Positions 23,802-28,384 of a stretch of 28,384 nt of DNA are shown here, piece by piece; the first letter of the stretch is position 1, and each line of letters opens with the position of its first letter. A model generated the notes under the pieces. It saw nothing but the letters and a program-made list of their open reading frames with translations. It did no database searches and was not told where the DNA came from. The DNA lies in contig JASFEK010000001.1 of NCBI GenBank assembly GCA_050124875.1, forward strand, positions 1 through 28,384. The letters are read 5' to 3'. A program made the translations under genes and the position numbers. Origin of the DNA: a candidate division WOR-3 bacterium. Its GTDB lineage: Bacteria > Hydrothermota > Tepidihabitantia > SM23-42.

Positions 23802-24632
23802 TTACCCAGTATAATTCTCCAGTTCCTTAATTATGCGCAGCGGGGCGTAGGGATCCCGCAGCGTCGCTGATCCGACTGAAACCGCCGATGCCCCGGCAAG
23901 CAAGAATTCATAGGCATCGCGGCCGGTCATGATACCACCCATTCCGATGAGTGGTACACCCAGCTCTCTTAGGCGATTGACACAGAAAAGAGCAAAGGGT
24001 TTGATCGCCGGACCTGAAAGCCCACCGGTAATCAAGGCTTGCTTCTTGATCGTGTCAAACGCCATCGCGTGCAGCGTGTTAATCAGCGAAATACCATCAG
24101 CCCCTGCTTCGACACAACGCTGTCCAACAACCAGTGGGTCGCAGAAATTCGCAGTCAGTTTCACGATCACCGGCAACTTTGTGACCTTCCGCACTCCGGC
24201 CACAACCTGTGCGCAGATGTCAGGATCGCGTCCGAACGCAACACCGCCCCTTCTCACATTGGGGCACGATACATTCAATTCAAATCCGTCGACTTGGGTA
24301 CCGATCTCCCCAACGATCTCAACAAAGTCTTCGGGCGTGAACCCAGCAACATTGACGAATATTCTGGTCTTCAGGGCCTTTATTTCAGGCAACACATCTC
24401 TGCAAAAGGACCTGACCCCAGGGTTTTCAAGTCCAACCGAGTTGATGAGTCCGCACGACGTTTCATATATCCGTGGTGGAGGGTTACCCGCTCTCGGCTC
24501 CAGGGTGATGCCCTTAGTGAAAATCGCACCCACTCGATTGGTGACCCGCTTGAAGATCAAACCGTACTCGAAAGTCCCCGATGCGAGGAACACGGGGTTC
24601 TTGAATTCTAAACCAAATATGTCACACTTCAA
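23802..24632 (-). CDS. pyrD: Dihydroorotate dehydrogenase, family 1B catalytic subunit
   Basis: Likely TTG start at 24632 (276 aa), overlapping the pyrK stop. F.NPVFLASGTF, TKGIT..PRAGNPPPRI.ET, INSVGLENPG, ELNVSCPNV, IVKLT, SLINT, GGLSGPAIKP, IGMGGI. Confidence 0.95.
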   Translation of the reverse strand: MKCDIFGLEFKNPVFLASGTFEYGLIFKRVTNRVGAIFTKGITLEPRAGNPPPRIYETSCGLINSVGLENPGVRSFCRDVLPEIKALKTRIFVNVAGFTPEDFVEIVGEIGTQVDGFELNVSCPNVRRGGVAFGRDPDICAQVVAGVRKVTKLPVIVKLTANFCDPLVVGQRCVEAGADGISLINTLHAMAFDTIKKQALITGGLSGPAIKPFALFCVNRLRELGVPLIGMGGIMTGRDAYEFLLAGASAVSVGSATLRDPYAPLRIIKELENYTG

Positions 24633-25368
24633 AATCAACCGCTCCCAGTTCGAGAACCGGTCCATCGACGCAAATCCTCTTGTACTCACCGTGGTACTTG
24701 ATCGCACATCCCAAACACAAGCCGCAGCCGCAGCCGAGAAAATCCTCACAGAACGCGTAAACCGGCAACGGTAGGCGCAACTTCTGCAACTCAATCAGCA
24801 TCGGCTTGGGGCCGCATGTGTATATGGCTTCATACTTGTTCAGCATCATTCGCTTGATCGCCGAAATGACCGTATCTTTTCTTGTTAGCCCCTGCTCGGC
24901 AACAAAGGTTGATTTAACCGCCATTTTCGCCATTTCTTTTCTGAGGATGAAATCATGCTTACTGCGCACGCCATACAGCAGGTCGAATGGCATTTTTCTG
25001 CTGTAATAGTATTCGCCAAGAAAATGGAGCGGCGCAACGCCTATACCTCCGGCTACCAGCAACGTGCCCTTCTTTCTGAACCTGATCTTTTTGCCGAAAG
25101 GACCGAACAGCGTAATCTCATCGCCCCGGTCCTTCAGGCTCAACATTCTTGTGCCCCGCCCGACGATCTTCACAACCAATAACAGCCGCGAACCCCGGTA
25201 ACTAGCCACGCTGATCGGTCGGTTCAGGAAGGGATCCACACCCTTATCGACCTGGACCTGAAAGAATTGACCAGGCACCGGGCGTATCCCTGGATAACGG
25301 ACTTCCAGACCGAATATGCTCTTTGAATACTGAATCTTGCGGCTGATCTTCAGGCTTCTTGAAATCAT
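24622..25368 (-). CDS. pyrK: Dihydroorotate dehydrogenase electron-transfer subunit
   Basis: 248 aa. PGQFF, RPISV, VGRGT..L, GPFG, VAGGIGVAPL, YTCGPKPML, [2Fe-2S] motif GCGCGLCLGC...ICVDGPV. Confidence 0.93.
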   Translation of the reverse strand: MISRSLKISRKIQYSKSIFGLEVRYPGIRPVPGQFFQVQVDKGVDPFLNRPISVASYRGSRLLLVVKIVGRGTRMLSLKDRGDEITLFGPFGKKIRFRKKGTLLVAGGIGVAPLHFLGEYYYSRKMPFDLLYGVRSKHDFILRKEMAKMAVKSTFVAEQGLTRKDTVISAIKRMMLNKYEAIYTCGPKPMLIELQKLRLPLPVYAFCEDFLGCGCGLCLGCAIKYHGEYKRICVDGPVLELGAVDFEV

Positions 25369-25380
25369 GGTTTGAGGATT

Positions 25381-26715
25381 CTACTCATTTCCGTCTGACT
25401 CGCCCCCTGTTTGCTCAATCATATTCTTAGCGCTCATCGCGTATTCAGTACGTGGGTAGTCGCTGATCAAAACCCGGGCAAGACGCAGAGCCAAGCTGTC
25501 GTCTTCAACAACGTTCCGGGCTATCCAGAAATGCGCATAGAGCGCCTTCGGTGCCCATTTACTGCTCGGGTATTCGCGATAGACTCTCTCATACCCCTGT
25601 AACGCCCTGGGCAAATCATCAAGATCCGCGAAGTATATCTCCGCGAGCAGGAATTGTGCGCGCACCTCATCCTCAGTGTCCGTGGTCAGGGTTTGAATCC
25701 GCTTGAGGATATCAGACCTCTTCCGTGCTTTCAAACCATACTCACTGTTGGGCGCTTTCACCAATGCCGAATCATAATGAACGACTGCCAGCTCAGTGCT
25801 ATCTGACTCTTCGTACATCTTTGCGAGTTCGTAGTATGCCTCAGCCGATATGTCAGCCTGTCGATGCTGGGTGAGCTCCATGTATATATCTTTGGCGTCA
25901 TCCGTACGTCCGGTTATCATACAAAGATCAGCAAGCAGGTCGCGGAATTCCGGCTCTACTTCACCCTCGACAAAATCCCGGCAGCGATCATATTCACCGA
26001 TTTCTAGATAGATCTCAGCGATTCGCAGCTTCAATTCCCGGCGGTCCCCTTCGTCCCGCGTTATCTCCAGCAGACGCTTCGAGGTCTGCAAGGCTTCTGT
26101 ATACTTCCCCTCATCGAACTGTGCCATACCCACAAACCTCAATAAAGTACGGCGCTCATCGTATTTCAGTGAACCCTTCAACAACGTATCTGCTATCTCG
26201 TACAAGCGATCGTAACTTCCGTCGGCATAGTAAATATAGACCAGTGCAATCAGTGCGCGCTTTCTGTATTTCCTTGACTGTATGATTTGTTCTAGGGCGA
26301 CGATCGCCGAACCGTATTTCTTCAACCGGTAATTAGCGAGCCCGGTAAGGTATTGAGCCTCATCGTAATATCCCGTTTCTGGATAATTGTAGAGCAAAAA
26401 TTCAAGCTTCTCCAGGCCGCGGGAGTAATCCCCCTTGTAGTAGTACGAAGCGCCCATAATGAATAATGCATCATCAATCCATCGTGTATCCGGGTGCTTA
26501 ACGATAATTGCCGTTGCTTTTTCTATGGCCTTGTCGAAATTCTCGGAATCGATCATCAGCGTATCATGTCTAACCGATTTCATACCCTCACGGAAGTAGT
26601 TCTTCGCATTATAGACCGTATTGAAATACGCGCATGAAAAAAACACAATTACAGACAATAGAAACGAAATTGATATCCGGATAAAATGCTGTCTAATACG
26701 CAATGACTTTCTCAA
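25381..26715 (-). CDS. TPR-repeat lipoprotein (BamD/SprE-like N-terminus)
   Basis: 444 aa, TTG start. Signal with FFSC lipobox, CAYFNTVYNAK, several TPR-like units (DDALFIMGASYY, DEAQYLTGLANY, AEAYYELAKMY, RAQFLLAEIY). Confidence 0.8.
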   Translation of the reverse strand: MRKSLRIRQHFIRISISFLLSVIVFFSCAYFNTVYNAKNYFREGMKSVRHDTLMIDSENFDKAIEKATAIIVKHPDTRWIDDALFIMGASYYYKGDYSRGLEKLEFLLYNYPETGYYDEAQYLTGLANYRLKKYGSAIVALEQIIQSRKYRKRALIALVYIYYADGSYDRLYEIADTLLKGSLKYDERRTLLRFVGMAQFDEGKYTEALQTSKRLLEITRDEGDRRELKLRIAEIYLEIGEYDRCRDFVEGEVEPEFRDLLADLCMITGRTDDAKDIYMELTQHRQADISAEAYYELAKMYEESDSTELAVVHYDSALVKAPNSEYGLKARKRSDILKRIQTLTTDTEDEVRAQFLLAEIYFADLDDLPRALQGYERVYREYPSSKWAPKALYAHFWIARNVVEDDSLALRLARVLISDYPRTEYAMSAKNMIEQTGGESDGNE

Positions 26716-26793
26716 ACAGCCCTCGAACAGGCATACGGCACCGATTTGTTGAATGCATATTCCATCGGAGGCACGGCGGTATGGTGTTTCCGG

Positions 26794-28221
26794 TCACTTG
26801 GCAATTCCTATCTGCAGCTTTCGAAAACGTGCCGGCGCGGTGCCATGGCCCACGAACATTGTCTGACCCGGCTCACCCTTGCCGCAATTCGGCGTCCCGC
26901 GCATGCACCAAGAATCCTTATTGGATATTGCATCACAGTTCTGCCAGAAGGTTGGCGTTATACCCGCATAGGTGGGATTCTTGTAGACTTTGGTCAACTT
27001 CCCCTTCTCTATTTTACGAGCAAACTCACAACCAAATTGAAAGTTCAATCGCTTATCATCTATCGACCAGGACTTGTTGGTCGCCATGAAGACGCCATCA
27101 TCAGTATCGGCGATCATGTCATCGAATTTCCATGTACCAGGCAAGAGATTTATGTTGGTCATGCGGATCAATGGGATGCGGTTCCAGCCGTCCGCGCGCA
27201 TCGCACCGCTTGATTTGGCACCGACAATACCCGCGGTCTCGCGTGAGCTCAGGTATCCTACAAACATGCCTTTATCAATCAGGTAGACACGCTGCGCAGG
27301 CACCCCCTCATCATCCCAGCCAAACGTACCAAGTCCGCCGGGTACTGTTGCATCCGCCACTATGTTGACGATATCCGAGCCGTAGCGAAGGTTATTCAAT
27401 TTGTCAATCGTCATGAAACTGGTGCCGGCATACGAGGCTTCCGTACCCAGCACCCGATCGAGCTCGGTCGGGTGACCGCATGACTCGTGAACCTGCAAAA
27501 CCATCTGCTGACCGTCTAAGATGACAGTTGCCTGCTGCTCCGGGCACTGCTCTGCCTCTAACAGCATCACGACCTCCTCGGCTATCCTCGGTGCATTTGC
27601 CCGAAAGTCGAGCCCCTCGACAAACTCATAACCCTGCTGCCCGTAGTCACCATAGGAACGCGACTGGAGTTCACCCTTGTTCATCGCGTACACCTTGATA
27701 TTCCCGCCTGAATACACGAAATCCTGAGTGATGAAAGAACCCTCGGTTGAAGCGAATTGAACCATTGTCTTGTAGAACCTCAGCTGCCCCTCGCTCACCT
27801 TAACCTTTTTCTGTTCACGCATTACCTTGTCACAGGAAAGCAAGAGATTGATCTTCTCGTCGAGGGATACCCTCATCGGATCGCTCTTCATGTCAGTGTG
27901 GTAACTACCTTTCTGTGCGGCTAAAGGTGTCAACTCTACATCCTTGGCCTTAACGCGGGCTGACGCCCGGGCAATGCTCAACGCATTACGGATTACCCTG
28001 TCGGCTACCTTCTTCTTGATCTCGTTCGATGAGGCGAAACCCCAAGCTGAATCCTTCAAAACACGGACACCAAAACCGACATCCGATGAATGCGTGATCG
28101 CCTCGATGATACCATTCTTCATTACGATCGATTCGGATTCCCGCATGACGACGCGCACATCTCCGTAGTCAACTCTCTTCGTCTGCAGGTCGTCAACAAC
28201 ACGCGCGGTCAATTCATTCAT
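26794..28221 (-). CDS. tldD: TldD/PmbA-family metalloprotease, catalytic TldD subunit
   Basis: GFGVRV...AWGFAS, HExxGH motif VHESCGHPTELDRV, FGWDDEGVPAQ, IRMTNI, NCGKGEP. ATG 28221 follows SD AAGGAG. Confidence 0.93.
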   Translation of the reverse strand: MNELTARVVDDLQTKRVDYGDVRVVMRESESIVMKNGIIEAITHSSDVGFGVRVLKDSAWGFASSNEIKKKVADRVIRNALSIARASARVKAKDVELTPLAAQKGSYHTDMKSDPMRVSLDEKINLLLSCDKVMREQKKVKVSEGQLRFYKTMVQFASTEGSFITQDFVYSGGNIKVYAMNKGELQSRSYGDYGQQGYEFVEGLDFRANAPRIAEEVVMLLEAEQCPEQQATVILDGQQMVLQVHESCGHPTELDRVLGTEASYAGTSFMTIDKLNNLRYGSDIVNIVADATVPGGLGTFGWDDEGVPAQRVYLIDKGMFVGYLSSRETAGIVGAKSSGAMRADGWNRIPLIRMTNINLLPGTWKFDDMIADTDDGVFMATNKSWSIDDKRLNFQFGCEFARKIEKGKLTKVYKNPTYAGITPTFWQNCDAISNKDSWCMRGTPNCGKGEPGQTMFVGHGTAPARFRKLQIGIAK

Positions 28222-28238
28222 CAATGCTCCTTTGTCCT

Positions 28239-28266
28239 ACTATATCCAAATTCCCGCTAAAATCAA
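28239..28266 (-). promoter_or_regulatory. sigma70-type promoter for the tldD-TPR-pyr unit
   Basis: Minus strand TTGATT (28266-28261), 16-nt spacer, TATAGT (28244-28239), followed by SD AAGGAG. Confidence 0.7.
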
Positions 28267-28277
28267 GAAGCAAGAGA

Positions 28278-28384
28278 TCACTTGTGTAACCTGGGAAACC
28301 TCAGCGTGAACACAGAACCCATATGCCTCTCGGAAACAACCTCAATACGGCCATTATGTTCCTCGATAATCCTCTTCACATAGG
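28278..28384 (-). CDS. Sensor histidine kinase, C-terminal end of the HATPase domain (partial)
   Basis: Translates YVKRIIEEHNGRIEVVSERHMGSVFTLRFPRLHK*, matching the post-G2 'I...H.G.I.V.S....G..F...P' signature. The gene runs off the window edge. Confidence 0.85.
   Translation of the reverse strand, partial: YVKRIIEEHNGRIEVVSERHMGSVFTLRFPRLHK

Noticed and set aside
23929-24774. 281-aa and 190-aa plus-strand ORFs over pyrD
   Set aside because: Antisense shadows of a well-supported gene; no recognisable domains.
23802-24794. N-terminally extended 330-aa PyrD from the ORF track
   Set aside because: The first 54 codons overlap pyrK in another frame and are not PyrD-like; TTG 24632 fits the family start.
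26732-26783. Imperfect inverted repeat between tldD and the TPR gene
   Set aside because: Pairing is fragmentary (CCGAT/ATCGG, CATAC/GTATG) with no U-tract.

Overview
A 28.4 kb housekeeping-type chromosomal window from a diderm (LPS-producing) bacterium, roughly 50% GC by eye, standard code. Gene content is compatible with an FCB-related candidate lineage such as WOR-3 (inference, not tested). Left to right: (-) unit tatA, tRNA-Ser(GGA), two PASTA proteins, rpe, ffh, closed by a terminator; (+) polytopic membrane protein, era, adenosine-kinase-family protein, beta-barrel OMP; (-) lpxD-lpxC-ptrB; (+) Mth938/AAMDC-like gene, Memo-AMMECR1 fusion, larB, larC, ECF sigma, Zn-finger anti-sigma; (+) beta-CASP nuclease; (+) DUF2520 oxidoreductase; (+) Ig-like lipoprotein, vWA-like membrane protein, COG2426 protein; (-) tldD, TPR lipoprotein, pyrK, pyrD, pyrF, pyrE; and the 3' end of a histidine kinase gene. 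No integrase, transposase, CRISPR array, phage gene or rRNA was seen. The most unusual signals are: (i) eight near-consensus sigma70 promoters, seven with a 16-bp spacer, five placing a start codon at the predicted +1 (leaderless); (ii) intergenic DNA built from register-conserved 7-8-nt degenerate repeats, including a ~130-bp periodic palindrome; (iii) an anti-sigma factor with a palindromic CTCTETETCTC motif next to Ni-pincer genes; (iv) an operon joining homologs of human AAMDC, MEMO1 and AMMECR1, with an apparent signal peptide on the Memo fusion; (v) an LpxC with remodelled acyl-binding elements. All family assignments come from motif recognition, not database searches.
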